Of a stretch of 33,200 nucleotides of DNA, positions 9,637-19,194 are shown piece after piece. This DNA comes from a virus (taxonomy: Duplodnaviria > Caudoviricetes): positions 1 through 33,200 of the IMG/VR virus record IMGVR_UViG_3300017903_001967; one strand, given 5' to 3'. Numbering within the stretch: position 1 is the stretch's first letter; each line of letters begins with the position of its first letter. The position numbers and the translations under genes were made by a program. The notes under the pieces are model-generated. The model did no database searches and was not told the origin of the DNA. It worked only from the letters and a program-made list of their open reading frames with translations.

Positions 9637-12600
9637 ACGATTCTTCCTGTTAACATTCCTAGCCTTTGGTTAAGTGCTAATACTGGGTCTATATCAGGCT
9701 TATATTCTCCTACATTTGGCCGCATAGGATCGAATTGACTTAACTCTCTATAAAATTCATCAAAGTTAACGGGCGCTCTTGGTGCGGGCTGTTGTCCGCC
9801 TAGCATCCCAAGCATTAAACCGCCCAGACCTAAACCTTCTAAGCCACTACCTCGACCAGTGCCCTGACCGCCCATTCCGGTGCCAGTACCTTGCTCTCTA
9901 ACACCTGTGCCTGTGCCATCTGCATCTCCAGTTCCAGCGCCCTCTTGACCGCCAAAGCCTACTCCATCAGATTCGCCTACACCTGTACCAGTTCCAGCGC
10001 CTATGCCATCACCAACACCAGAGCCTTCGCCTGCGCCCGTTCCAGTCCCTTGACCTTCTCCAATGCCCGATCCAACGCCTGTGCCTTCTCCGCCACCAGT
10101 GCCTGTGCTAGCGCCTGTACCTGATAAAGCATCTTCTATGGGATCGCCAAAGTCTTCAGAGGCATCTTCTAAGGGAATTTCTGGCTCGCCTGCGCCAGGA
10201 TCAAAATCTTCATCTTGGCCAGTAATAGGATCTGTAGTTTCTCCAGTTAGCATTCCTCCAGTATTAGAATCGCTTTCTGCCGAGTCACCAGTGCCGTCAG
10301 TTCCAGTCTCAGTTCTAGTCTCAGAACCTGTAGGTGAAGTTGCGTCAGCGCCTGTTTGAGTGCCAACTTGCGTTCCTTCAGGATCTCCTGTTTGTCCGCC
10401 AGTTTCTGCCCCTTCTGGCGCTCCTGTTGCGCTACCGTCATCCGCACCACCTTCTTGTCCTGCTGGCGCCCCTGCTTCATCTCCTTCTAGGGCGCCTTCA
10501 ACTGGAATGTCTTCATCGGAATCTAAATCATCCAGAGGATCTTGGTCAGTATCGAGCCCTTCAGTAACATCTGTTGCATCATCAGGGTCTACAGGATCTA
10601 AAGGATCTGTAGCACCAGTAGATTGTTGATCAGTGGAATCATCAGGCTCTACGGGAACACCAGGCAAGCCAACCGACATTTGCGGTTCTTGACGATCTGG
10701 ATCTGATACTTGCTCTTGATTTGGATCTACGTCTTGCTCTGAAACTGTAGGCTCTTCAGGTAATTCGCTAACAGGGATGTCTGGATCGCCTTCTCCTAAT
10801 GCCGTTTCTAAGTTTGACGTAGCAGAATTAGTAATTGCTTCAACTTGTTGGTCTGTTAGCTGTACACCCGTTTGACTTGCTAACTCCCTTACAGCGGCTT
10901 CAATCTCTGCCCTAGTAACTTCACCACCTTGAACAACCGTTTGTTGTGCGGCCTGATTAACTACCTGTGCTATTTGATCTGCCGACCTATACGCATCTGC
11001 CGCCGCTTCTTGTGCCGCATTGTCTAGGTAATCGCCAAACAAACTTTCAACAATACTAGAAGTAGCTGTAGCCGCCTGTGAAGATTCTGCGCTAGCATCT
11101 GCGCTAGCATCTGCGCCGCCACCACCGCCTGCTGGATCAGCACCAGTAGAAGCATCGCCAGCGGCACCTGCGGCACTTTCTGCCCCAGCGGCTGACTCTT
11201 GATCGGTTTGTCTGTCTGTTGGCTCTGGAGGCTCCGTAGGCTCTGGTGGTTCTGGCGGTTCTTCCACCAAAGGATCTTCTATAGGTTCTTCGTCTACATC
11301 AAAATCAGGAACATCTATTTCTGACTCAAGAACAGTATCAGGCGCTTCTGCCTGCATACTTGATTCACGCAACTCACTTAAAAATGCTTCAGACTCCTGC
11401 TCACTCATACCAGCCTGCTGAAGCTCTTCTGCTAAATTACTTTCAGTATCAGCAAAATCTATATTTGTTACTCTTGTGCCTGCCGTTTCGAATTGCTGAT
11501 TATCAAGAAAATCGCTTACTCCTGGTGTTTGACCGTCAAGAATAACAAACGTATTTCCAATGGCAGTGAGCTTTAAGCCAGCATCTATAAAGTAGCCTTC
11601 AAATATCTCTCTTTGAGATGCCCCTGAAAACTCCCCGCCTGCAAGAGATGCCTCTTGACCAGCTTGATCCCACAACCAGTTAATTAACTTAGGATCGCTA
11701 ACACCATAAGCATCGGCACTTACAACGCTAGCATATTGATTTTCTGGCAAAACTAATGCGTCAAAAACATCTTCTATATTGGCGTCATCTGCAATACTGA
11801 TAACTCTTCCAAGTCCTTGAGGATTATCTGGAGTAGGCTCTACTCTTTCATAAGTAATTCCATCAATTTCTCTTGTGCCTAAATCAGTTTCAAGATAAGC
11901 CGCACTGTCTCTAAAATCTTCGCTTGCTTCTAATGTAGATGATACAGGCGTCAATTCTTGCCCTACTGTATCTTCTGTTAGGTCAGCAGTGGTATCTGCG
12001 AACTCAGATCCTGCGGCGTCAACAGTGCTTTCGCCGGGAGGAACAGGAGAAAATTCCGTTTCATAAGCTTGCTCATAAATAGACTGCAAAGATCCCTGCA
12101 ATGCCTGAAGCGAACTGCTCATAGAGCTTGCTTCTTGCTGGGCAAGAGCCGCATTTAAAGACTGCCCAAGCTGAGACTCTACTGTCTCCATAGTTAAATT
12201 TTCAATTTCTCTTGCTTTTGCTTCGTTCCATGCTTCTTGCGCTTGAGCGTTTTGTGCGTCTTGTTCAAACCATTCAATAAATTCTTGAGCGCTAGTAATT
12301 AAGCCAGAAGTAATAACTTGATTAATATCAATACTTCCTTCGGTTATGCCTTGCTTAAGAGCATCGCGCATCATGCTATTTATTATGTTGTTAGCGGCTT
12401 CGTTTCCTGTAGAAAATGCCTCTGCTAAATCTTCTGGTACATAACTCGCAACAAAGTCAGCTAACGCATTAGTCGCTCCACCTACTGCCGCAGATGTAAG
12501 AACTTGCTCTAGATCTATTTCTCCAGTTGTTATACCTTGATATACAGCATTTGAAAGAGCCGTATCTAAAGCCGCGCCTATAGTTTCTGAACCGCCTACA

Positions 12601-13316
12601 GCACCAACCCCGCCAGTAACAGCACCTACAGCTTGACCCGTTGCATATGCAAGAAAAAGCTGATTAGCGACATTCATGGCTTGTTCGAACGCAGAGCCAA
12701 CCGTGTCAGTGCCTTCGTGAATTTCAGTAGCAGTCAATCCATTAAAAAGGTAAACATCGCTTCCGCTTAAATTAAACTGCGTATTAACATTGTGAGTTCG
12801 AAGCAATTGTTGATATTCAGGCAAAGCCAACATCGCCTGATACGCCTCTTCAGCCGCCTGTATATTTTCAGTTTCAGCATCAATTCTTGCGCCACTGCCC
12901 ATTCGAGCATCTTCATCTTCAAGCCCGTAAAACTCAGCAACTTGTTGATTTGATCCAGTTAAATTTCTAAACCCTTTATCTTCCCACCACGCAATATCAG
13001 GATTTTCTTCTGCAAGATCTAAAAGACTATCTAGATAACCTATGTAATTATCAAAAGTTCCAAAAGCTTCTTGAGCGTAAGGGTCTTGTGCAAAACGACT
13101 TGCTAAATCTTGTGCGGTAAGCATTTCAACAGAAAGGCCGTCTAGCGGCCCTCTGCTTTGCCCGGTTTGCAAATCGTCATTACGCGCCGTATACACGTAA
13201 GGAAACAAACGATCACCATATTGACCAAACATTTCTTCAGATACGGTTTCAACGATGTCAGAAGGAATGTCAGGAATATCAAGATCTATATTAATGCCAA
13301 TGTCTGAACTAACCAT
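9633..13316 (-). CDS. Very large acidic low-complexity protein, probable virion/ejection-associated
   Basis: 1227-aa ORF coupled to both neighbours. D/E-rich, PEPPEP repeats and a GxGxG-rich C-terminal tract. Function unknown. Confidence 0.6.
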   Translation of the reverse strand: MVSSDIGINIDLDIPDIPSDIVETVSEEMFGQYGDRLFPYVYTARNDDLQTGQSRGPLDGLSVEMLTAQDLASRFAQDPYAQEAFGTFDNYIGYLDSLLDLAEENPDIAWWEDKGFRNLTGSNQQVAEFYGLEDEDARMGSGARIDAETENIQAAEEAYQAMLALPEYQQLLRTHNVNTQFNLSGSDVYLFNGLTATEIHEGTDTVGSAFEQAMNVANQLFLAYATGQAVGAVTGGVGAVGGSETIGAALDTALSNAVYQGITTGEIDLEQVLTSAAVGGATNALADFVASYVPEDLAEAFSTGNEAANNIINSMMRDALKQGITEGSIDINQVITSGLITSAQEFIEWFEQDAQNAQAQEAWNEAKAREIENLTMETVESQLGQSLNAALAQQEASSMSSSLQALQGSLQSIYEQAYETEFSPVPPGESTVDAAGSEFADTTADLTEDTVGQELTPVSSTLEASEDFRDSAAYLETDLGTREIDGITYERVEPTPDNPQGLGRVISIADDANIEDVFDALVLPENQYASVVSADAYGVSDPKLINWLWDQAGQEASLAGGEFSGASQREIFEGYFIDAGLKLTAIGNTFVILDGQTPGVSDFLDNQQFETAGTRVTNIDFADTESNLAEELQQAGMSEQESEAFLSELRESSMQAEAPDTVLESEIDVPDFDVDEEPIEDPLVEEPPEPPEPTEPPEPTDRQTDQESAAGAESAAGAAGDASTGADPAGGGGGADASADASAESSQAATATSSIVESLFGDYLDNAAQEAAADAYRSADQIAQVVNQAAQQTVVQGGEVTRAEIEAAVRELASQTGVQLTDQQVEAITNSATSNLETALGEGDPDIPVSELPEEPTVSEQDVDPNQEQVSDPDRQEPQMSVGLPGVPVEPDDSTDQQSTGATDPLDPVDPDDATDVTEGLDTDQDPLDDLDSDEDIPVEGALEGDEAGAPAGQEGGADDGSATGAPEGAETGGQTGDPEGTQVGTQTGADATSPTGSETRTETGTDGTGDSAESDSNTGGMLTGETTDPITGQDEDFDPGAGEPEIPLEDASEDFGDPIEDALSGTGASTGTGGGEGTGVGSGIGEGQGTGTGAGEGSGVGDGIGAGTGTGVGESDGVGFGGQEGAGTGDADGTGTGVREQGTGTGMGGQGTGRGSGLEGLGLGGLMLGMLGGQQPAPRAPVNFDEFYRELSQFDPMRPNVGEYKPDIDPVLALNQRLGMLTGRIV

Positions 13317-13715
13317 TTACTTTTCCCTCGACACGCCTTTGGTTTTTTCGTACGAGCGCATTGCTCCAAGCCCAAGCATTCCCATCAATACAGGCATCAT
13401 AGTCTCTAAGTCAATCAGCGGTATAGTTATATCCATCGCTAGTAAAGCCAAAACAAAGTTAGTTAGGGGTATCAAAATGAAGTTGCCGAACATCCCCAAA
13501 ACACAGCACCAACCAACGGCAGGTCTCCACCCTGAAACAAAAAGCGACTTATGCGCCGCTTCTACCTTGTTTACTTCTAACTGCGCCCTGGCTAACTCCT
13601 GAGCATGACGCTCCGCCATAGTTGATATCTCGTGAGCGAGACGAGCCTTTTGATCCTTGTCTTCCACGAACTTATCTAAAAGGCCAGTGACTGGAGCAAT
13701 TAGCTGTTCAATCAT
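13317..13715 (-). CDS. Holin, GTA-type 3TM holin family
   Basis: LIAPVTGLLDKFVEDKD, EAAHKSLFVSGWRPAVGW and MLGLGAMRSYEK are characteristic of the 3TM holin family. Confidence 0.85.
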   Translation of the reverse strand: MIEQLIAPVTGLLDKFVEDKDQKARLAHEISTMAERHAQELARAQLEVNKVEAAHKSLFVSGWRPAVGWCCVLGMFGNFILIPLTNFVLALLAMDITIPLIDLETMMPVLMGMLGLGAMRSYEKTKGVSREK

Positions 13716-14023
13716 TTGCGTGCCTCGTATGCATTAAAGCCAAAGTAAGCACCAACAAGTGCCGACACAGAAACCAAGTAAATATTCGCAATGTCGTGCA
13801 GTAGTTGAGCCGCAGTATCAAACCCAGCGATCGAGCAAGTAACAACAGCAACCGGATACATCACCATGCCTGACAAAGCAAACCAAACCATTTTGCGCTG
13901 GCTGTCACGCTTGGCATCCTCATCGTCCATCTTGCGGCGCTTGTCTTCGAGTTCTAGCTGACGCCACTCCTCGCGCTCAATAACGCCATTTTTGTTGGTG
14001 TCTGTATCATCAAAAGTTGTCAT
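13712..14023 (-). CDS. Small two-TM membrane protein with N-terminal EF-hand-like loop
   Basis: DTNKNGVIEREE 12-residue loop, a charged linker, then two hydrophobic segments. ATGA overlaps with both neighbours. Confidence 0.7.
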   Translation of the reverse strand: MTTFDDTDTNKNGVIEREEWRQLELEDKRRKMDDEDAKRDSQRKMVWFALSGMVMYPVAVVTCSIAGFDTAAQLLHDIANIYLVSVSALVGAYFGFNAYEARK

Positions 14024-14226
14024 GCAAAATACTCTACACCCTTAAGAACACCCACAATTAGTAAGCTATTAGCAAAAATCATTCGCTCAAGTCTTTTAAA
14101 CTGTAAGCCGCCATCGTCTAGTCTTTTTTCAATGCGGTCTAACCGATCGTCAATAGACTTACGAAGGATCTCGCATTCTGCTTGATGAATCTCGATCTGT
14201 TTCAAAGCCTCTTCTGCTGGTGTCAT
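14020..14226 (-). CDS. Small coiled-coil protein with C-terminal membrane anchor (XhlA-like architecture)
   Basis: IDDRLDRIEKRLD heptads followed by a hydrophobic tail. Located in the holin cluster. Confidence 0.6.
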   Translation of the reverse strand: MTPAEEALKQIEIHQAECEILRKSIDDRLDRIEKRLDDGGLQFKRLERMIFANSLLIVGVLKGVEYFA

Positions 14227-14685
14227 TTAACCGCTCGCTATAAATATTGCTGTACCTACTACTATTGCAATTGCTAATAAAATCAAAAGCCCTGCAAGCA
14301 TTTGCTCTTTTGCTTCTTGCTGGCGATAGATCGTATCTGCTCGCTCTTTTGCAATCTGCTTTCTCATGTCACGGAACTCTTGCAATCCTTCTTTTCCGTA
14401 GACCATTCCTATAATGCTAAGAAGCTCTTTTTGCTGAGCCTCCATTTTCTTTTTTGCGGCAAATGCCTGCATCGCTTCTTGCTGTACACTGCTACTAAAA
14501 ACAACCCGCTTAAAAGGATTTACATTTCTAGCTTTCTTTTCAGCGTACATCACGTCCGAAGCGTGACCGTACCACCTACCTATCTGCATCATTGTATCTT
14601 CAGCAGACTTTCCAGCTTCTACCATTGCCTTAACCATCGTAAAGGCTTTAGTTGCTCCAGCGATGGCAGTTACCGGATCAATCAT
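14227..14685 (-). CDS. Hypothetical membrane-anchored coiled-coil protein
   Basis: MIDPVTAIAGA N-terminus, helical body and C-terminal TM (MLAGLLILLAIAIVVGTAIFIA). Confidence 0.7.
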   Translation of the reverse strand: MIDPVTAIAGATKAFTMVKAMVEAGKSAEDTMMQIGRWYGHASDVMYAEKKARNVNPFKRVVFSSSVQQEAMQAFAAKKKMEAQQKELLSIIGMVYGKEGLQEFRDMRKQIAKERADTIYRQQEAKEQMLAGLLILLAIAIVVGTAIFIASG

Positions 14686-14863
14686 CTTTAAATCTCACAT
14701 ACGGTGGGCAGTCATAAATTCCTGGGACATACCACCGATACCGCTTATCTGATTCTGTGTAGAGTTCTTTGTATTCACATACTGTGTGGTAAACGACTCG
14801 TTTGCCTATGTATGCTGAAGTGCCTCCTTCTAACACCAAAACCAAAACAAGAGTTTTTACCAA
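14678..14863 (-). CDS. Small hypothetical protein, hydrophobic N-terminus and two Cys
   Basis: 61 aa, fills the operon gap and overlaps both neighbours. Confidence 0.55.
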   Translation of the reverse strand: MVKTLVLVLVLEGGTSAYIGKRVVYHTVCEYKELYTESDKRYRWYVPGIYDCPPYVRFKDD

Positions 14864-15174
14864 GGCATACCATCAGCAGAGGTTGGTGTTTTTTGCTCTG
14901 CAATGTTTGCTGTTAATGCCGCTTCAGTAGCACTTTGATCTATCTCTGCATGTACCCAGCCCAATACGGTAGATTCTGTTAGGTCGTTGTACGCAACAAA
15001 GTCACTAGCAGAAGCGTCAGGTGTAAAACCACACGTGCCGTATGCAGAGGCAGTGTAGGTCACAGCGTCGTCGCCAGTGCCAACAGTTTCAGATTCAGTA
15101 ACACGCCAGTGTGCAACGGTTACACCGCCGTTTGACACGTTACGCTCAAGGTTAGCTATAGTCCATGTAGCCAT
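14857..15174 (-). CDS. Small tail-associated protein
   Basis: MATWTIANLER...VTVAHWR...FVAYNDLTESTVLGWV...GMPW pattern common downstream of tail fibers. AGGAG RBS. Confidence 0.65.
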   Translation of the reverse strand: MATWTIANLERNVSNGGVTVAHWRVTESETVGTGDDAVTYTASAYGTCGFTPDASASDFVAYNDLTESTVLGWVHAEIDQSATEAALTANIAEQKTPTSADGMPW

Positions 15175-15184
15175 TAGTTATCTC

Positions 15185-15634
15185 CTAGGGCTTAGTAGGC
15201 CACGTTACGTTTGTTGGAAAATCAGTTTGATCAGGAATGTCTCGCAGTGACGTTCGATATGTTGCCCACTCTGTTTTCTTTGCATCAGTCAAAGGCGAGT
15301 CAGCCATCTGCGTCCAGTCAGACTCTACAAGCAGTTGATTGCGTTTTGATCGGACTGATTCAGCCTTTACGTCAGTTTCGGCGCTTGTTAAAGACCGTTT
15401 AGTCCATCCTAGCGTCCATACGTTGCTGACAAGGGTAGGGGCAGAGTTATGTTCGGCAATCTCGTTGTGGGCCACTGACGGCGCTGTAGCAACGGTTACA
15501 GGGTACATACCCCAATCCGCCATCATTGCATCTGTCATAGTTGCAGGAAACGATGTATTTGCATTGTCGCTTCGCAACTGTTGCATAGAGTACGGAAAAG
15601 TATCGACCGCGTTATTTACAATTTTTACGTACAT
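15185..15634 (-). CDS. Tail fiber assembly chaperone-like protein
   Basis: C-terminal RSKRNQLLVESDWTQMADSP...WATYRTSLRDIP...WPTKP motif of tail assembly chaperones. Confidence 0.8.
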   Translation of the reverse strand: MYVKIVNNAVDTFPYSMQQLRSDNANTSFPATMTDAMMADWGMYPVTVATAPSVAHNEIAEHNSAPTLVSNVWTLGWTKRSLTSAETDVKAESVRSKRNQLLVESDWTQMADSPLTDAKKTEWATYRTSLRDIPDQTDFPTNVTWPTKP

Positions 15635-15643
15635 AATATTTCC

Positions 15644-16690
15644 TTAAACAGCAATAATTGAAGTGGCGTAATCGGTTAAACCAGTTAAACCAAGAGAATC
15701 TAAAAGTGTTGGAGCGCCAGAACCAGAATAATCAAAAGAATGAATATTGTTGTTATAAATTGTCACGTAAGCTATTTCATTTACTTCGTCGCAAATAATT
15801 CCACCATAAGGGTTGCCCGTAAGAACAGAAGTAGCAAGCCTGCCGTTTACTGATAAGTTCGTTGGATCACTTATATCTATTACCACTAAAGCTCCAGTGT
15901 CTGTACAAACGACAACTGCCTTATCATTTGTGGCGTCTACTGCTACTGCGGAAGGCTCTGTTAAATTGGTGGCATCAGTTAAAGTATCTGCAATAGATAA
16001 ATTTGTAACATCGCTATAGTCAATAGACTGTATTGTGTCAGAACTCCAGCCTGTTGCGTAAACGTGTTGCGTAGACGTGTTTATATCAAGCCCTCGTCCA
16101 CCCGACGAAGCCAAAGTTATAGTATCTTGTGAAGTTAAAACACCTGAAGAGTTGTAACTAAGCGATCGTAAACCGCCAATTGAGGCACCAAAAAGATAAC
16201 TTCTTTCTGTGTCAATACAGCAATTTTCATCATGAATTATTGATGACAATACGCTTGTTTTTGACATATTAGCAGGATCAGATATGTCTATAGTTAAAAG
16301 TTTTGAATCTGACGAACTTGCAATAAATGCCAAGTCAAGCGCATCATCAACAGCGCATGCTTTTGCCCCATCCAAGTCTGTTGCGTCAGTAAATGTTTCT
16401 GAAATAGACAAATTTGAAGTATCTGAAACATCAACCGATACAAACGTGTCATCGCTTCCGCCAACTATGAATGCATGACCATTAGCTGGCCCTGCCGTGT
16501 TTCGGCCAGTTGTTAAATTAATAGTGCCAGCAGGGCCGGTGACCGTGTCTAACACTGCCATATTTGACGCATCAGTAACATCAATTGTTGTGAACACATC
16601 AAATGCCCCAACAAAAATAGTATCAATAGCCTGAGCCCCGCCAGTGCTAACGCCAGAGGCCGCTTGCATTAGTTTCTTTGCATTGCTCAT
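15644..16690 (-). CDS. LVIVD-repeat beta-propeller, putative receptor-binding protein
   Basis: Repeats of about 45 aa (TIDVTDASNM, SVDVSDTSNL, TIDISDPANM, SIDYSDVTNL, VIDISDPTNL). TAATG coupling to the tail fiber. Confidence 0.75.
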   Translation of the reverse strand: MSNAKKLMQAASGVSTGGAQAIDTIFVGAFDVFTTIDVTDASNMAVLDTVTGPAGTINLTTGRNTAGPANGHAFIVGGSDDTFVSVDVSDTSNLSISETFTDATDLDGAKACAVDDALDLAFIASSSDSKLLTIDISDPANMSKTSVLSSIIHDENCCIDTERSYLFGASIGGLRSLSYNSSGVLTSQDTITLASSGGRGLDINTSTQHVYATGWSSDTIQSIDYSDVTNLSIADTLTDATNLTEPSAVAVDATNDKAVVVCTDTGALVVIDISDPTNLSVNGRLATSVLTGNPYGGIICDEVNEIAYVTIYNNNIHSFDYSGSGAPTLLDSLGLTGLTDYATSIIAV

Positions 16691-18132
16691 TACGCCATCG
16701 CCTGTCCAGCAGTAAATCCGTAGTACGTTGTACCGCCGTCATGTGTAAAAAACACAAACACGTCAACAGCATCGTTTGCAGTGCTTAAAGTTGGTGCTGT
16801 ACCTGCCGCCCAATCAACACTTGAGGGCCATGTAATAGTTCGAGCAGTAGAGCCTTGAATAACTTTCAGGCTAAACGCAGACACCTTGCCTGACGCACCG
16901 GGATTGCTAAAGGTATAGGTAACGTTTTCTGTTAGGTCGTGTACAAAGTTGTCGCCAGTGCTTAAATCAATAGTTGCGGCATTGGAGCTAGAAGTGATTG
17001 TTTCTGAATCAAGAATTAAACGCTCTGCATTTACCGTACCGTTTACATCAAGCTCATGAGCTGGACTGCTCGCACCAATACCGACGTTGCCGCTGGTATC
17101 AATAGTCATGCGAGTAGAGTTATTTGTAATAATGGATAAGTCGTCGTTTGACGCAGTTCCTACAAAGCCATCACCGCCTGTTGAAGACGAACCTAGTCTT
17201 ACTTCTGCATTATTAGTCGTATTTTTAACTTTTATCTGCGTAGTTGAAGAATCTTCAATATGTAAATTATGCGTTGGACTGCTAGTACCAATCCCCAAAG
17301 ACTCCGCAGACGCATCCCAGAACAACTTCGCAGTCGTGCCAGTGTCTTCGTAGAAGCTAATGTCGCCGTTGTCTTGAAATCTGGCTCTTTGTTTTTCAGT
17401 CCCGCTAGAAGATGTTTTAATTATTAAGTCTGAATCAGCACTACCTGAACTTCCTGCTGTTAATATAGCACCAGTACCATCAACTCCTAATCCTGCATAT
17501 ATAGTACCACCGCCGAACACTTGCATTATGTTATCTGAGGAAGAGCCAGATGTAACAGTAAGCCCATCCATTGTGGCTGTGCCCGTTACGTCGATGCCTG
17601 TGGAGGTTACTTCTAGCTTTGTGCTAGCCCCAGTTTGTAATTTTAAAGAACCCGTACCATTGTCATTAATAATTGAATCTGACGCATCATGATAAATCTG
17701 TAGGTCAGAACCAGCACCGAAGATAGCCTTTGAGCTATCAGCAAAGGTAATGTCATCGCCTGTACCTACAGCAATGTCTGTACCGCCGGTGGTGTTGCCA
17801 TTCCCAAGAACTTCAGATAGTGCATCTGCTGTAGCAACCTGAGCATCTACATAAGCTTTAACAGACTGCTGTGTTGGAATAAGTGTTGCACTGTTAGATG
17901 CCATGTTGTCTTCATCGACAAAAGCAGTAACGTTAATAGTGCCGTCAGAAATCGTTTCAAATGTAAGCGTCCCTGTAAACGTAGGGCCAGCTATATCTGA
18001 TTTAGTTGCAATAGCAGTAGAAATTGCATCGAACTCAGTTTCAAATTCAGAGCCACGAATTACTTTGGCCGAATCCCCAGATGGCAGAGAGTCCTTTGCC
18101 TGAAAGTCGGTTGTCTTAGTGTAGTTAGACAT
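16690..18132 (-). CDS. Tail fiber protein
   Basis: N-terminal MSNYTKTTDF...EFETEFDAI anchor, GSDLQIYHD, and GIGTSSP/GNVGIGASSP fiber repeats. C-terminal TITWPSSVDW...DGGTTYYG domain. Confidence 0.85.
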   Translation of the reverse strand: MSNYTKTTDFQAKDSLPSGDSAKVIRGSEFETEFDAISTAIATKSDIAGPTFTGTLTFETISDGTINVTAFVDEDNMASNSATLIPTQQSVKAYVDAQVATADALSEVLGNGNTTGGTDIAVGTGDDITFADSSKAIFGAGSDLQIYHDASDSIINDNGTGSLKLQTGASTKLEVTSTGIDVTGTATMDGLTVTSGSSSDNIMQVFGGGTIYAGLGVDGTGAILTAGSSGSADSDLIIKTSSSGTEKQRARFQDNGDISFYEDTGTTAKLFWDASAESLGIGTSSPTHNLHIEDSSTTQIKVKNTTNNAEVRLGSSSTGGDGFVGTASNDDLSIITNNSTRMTIDTSGNVGIGASSPAHELDVNGTVNAERLILDSETITSSSNAATIDLSTGDNFVHDLTENVTYTFSNPGASGKVSAFSLKVIQGSTARTITWPSSVDWAAGTAPTLSTANDAVDVFVFFTHDGGTTYYGFTAGQAMA

Positions 18133-18156
18133 CAGAAAATCCTATTGCAGAAAGTA

Positions 18157-18180
18157 GAAGAAAGGGGGCTTGCGCCCCCT
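18157..18180 (-). terminator. Intrinsic terminator after the major capsid gene
   Basis: Minus strand GGGGGC-GCAA-GCCCCC followed by TTTCTT, with a GNRA loop. Confidence 0.8.
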
Positions 18181-18193
18181 GCATTTGCCTATA

Positions 18194-19177
18194 TTAGGCT
18201 TCTGGAATAGCGAGTACGAAACCAGCTTCAGGACGGTATACCTGAACGCCGTACAAGCAATCCGCCGTGTACAGAGTTGAGAGGTATTCCTGCTTGTACT
18301 GAGTCTGCGAACGTACTGACTGCTGTTCTGCCATAACGATTGCATCACTATGGAAGAGAAGCGCCGCACGTACATCACCAGTAAATGCACTGTTGCTTGC
18401 CGCATTTTCGATAGTACGGCAGTTAGCTGAGACGTAAACGTCTACACCGTAAAGGCTACCGATAAGGCCACTGTTAGTTGCCTGGCCTGCTACGAAGTCC
18501 GAAGACACGTAACGGTCGATGCCCATAATAGTGTTACGTACTGAAGGAGGAATGACGAAATGTCGTCCGTCCATAGGTACGTTGTTGTCATCTAGCTTCT
18601 GGATCATGCCACGGAAGAATGCGTCATTGAAAACGTCAGCCGCTACAACAGTATCATCAGTGTACTGAGTGATAGTTGAGCCAGCATCGTTGAAGAAACA
18701 ACCGCTGTTCTCATAGTCTGCACCAGTAACTGCTGGAGAGAGGTTTAAAGTTCCGTCGCCGAAACCAGTAGCCGCCGCATGAAGATCATTGTCGATATTA
18801 ACAGCGAGAGCATAACCTGCATCTTCAGTGTAGAACTGACGGAGGCTTGAGAGAGCCTGCACTTCTACGATGTCTTCAATCAGACGTGAGTATTCGAAGT
18901 GACGATTAATATCAATAGTCAATTCGCCTTCGGTGTTTGCGATGATAGTAACCGCAGTGTCAGCCGCTTTCGCATTCGCATCACCACGGACGGGCTTTGG
19001 AATGTGAAGCTTGTCGCCTTTCTTCCCTGACATAGCAAGCTTTTTAACAAGCGGAGCCATCTTCAGGTTCTTTTGGTAAGCCGCAATAATTTCATCCGAC
19101 CAGATTTCTGGGATAAAAGTATCCGCTTCCGTTTTCGCGGTAATACCCGCCGCGCCAGGATAAGTTGCAGTAGCCAT
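18194..19177 (-). CDS. Major capsid protein
   Basis: FIPEIWSDEI, KGDKLHIP and ADCLYGVQVYRPE motifs. 327 aa, follows the scaffold, strong AGGAG RBS and a downstream terminator. Confidence 0.9.
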   Translation of the reverse strand: MATATYPGAAGITAKTEADTFIPEIWSDEIIAAYQKNLKMAPLVKKLAMSGKKGDKLHIPKPVRGDANAKAADTAVTIIANTEGELTIDINRHFEYSRLIEDIVEVQALSSLRQFYTEDAGYALAVNIDNDLHAAATGFGDGTLNLSPAVTGADYENSGCFFNDAGSTITQYTDDTVVAADVFNDAFFRGMIQKLDDNNVPMDGRHFVIPPSVRNTIMGIDRYVSSDFVAGQATNSGLIGSLYGVDVYVSANCRTIENAASNSAFTGDVRAALLFHSDAIVMAEQQSVRSQTQYKQEYLSTLYTADCLYGVQVYRPEAGFVLAIPEA

Positions 19178-19194
19178 GTCAATCTCCTATAAGA

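Noticed and set aside
9891-10629. Several overlapping ORFs within the 1227-aa gene
   Set aside because: By-products of low-complexity Gly/Thr codon repeats that lack stops in other frames.
15644-18132. Diversity-generating retroelement or invertible tail-fiber system
   Set aside because: No reverse transcriptase or invertase, and no template/variable repeat pair seen. The repeats are protein-level only.
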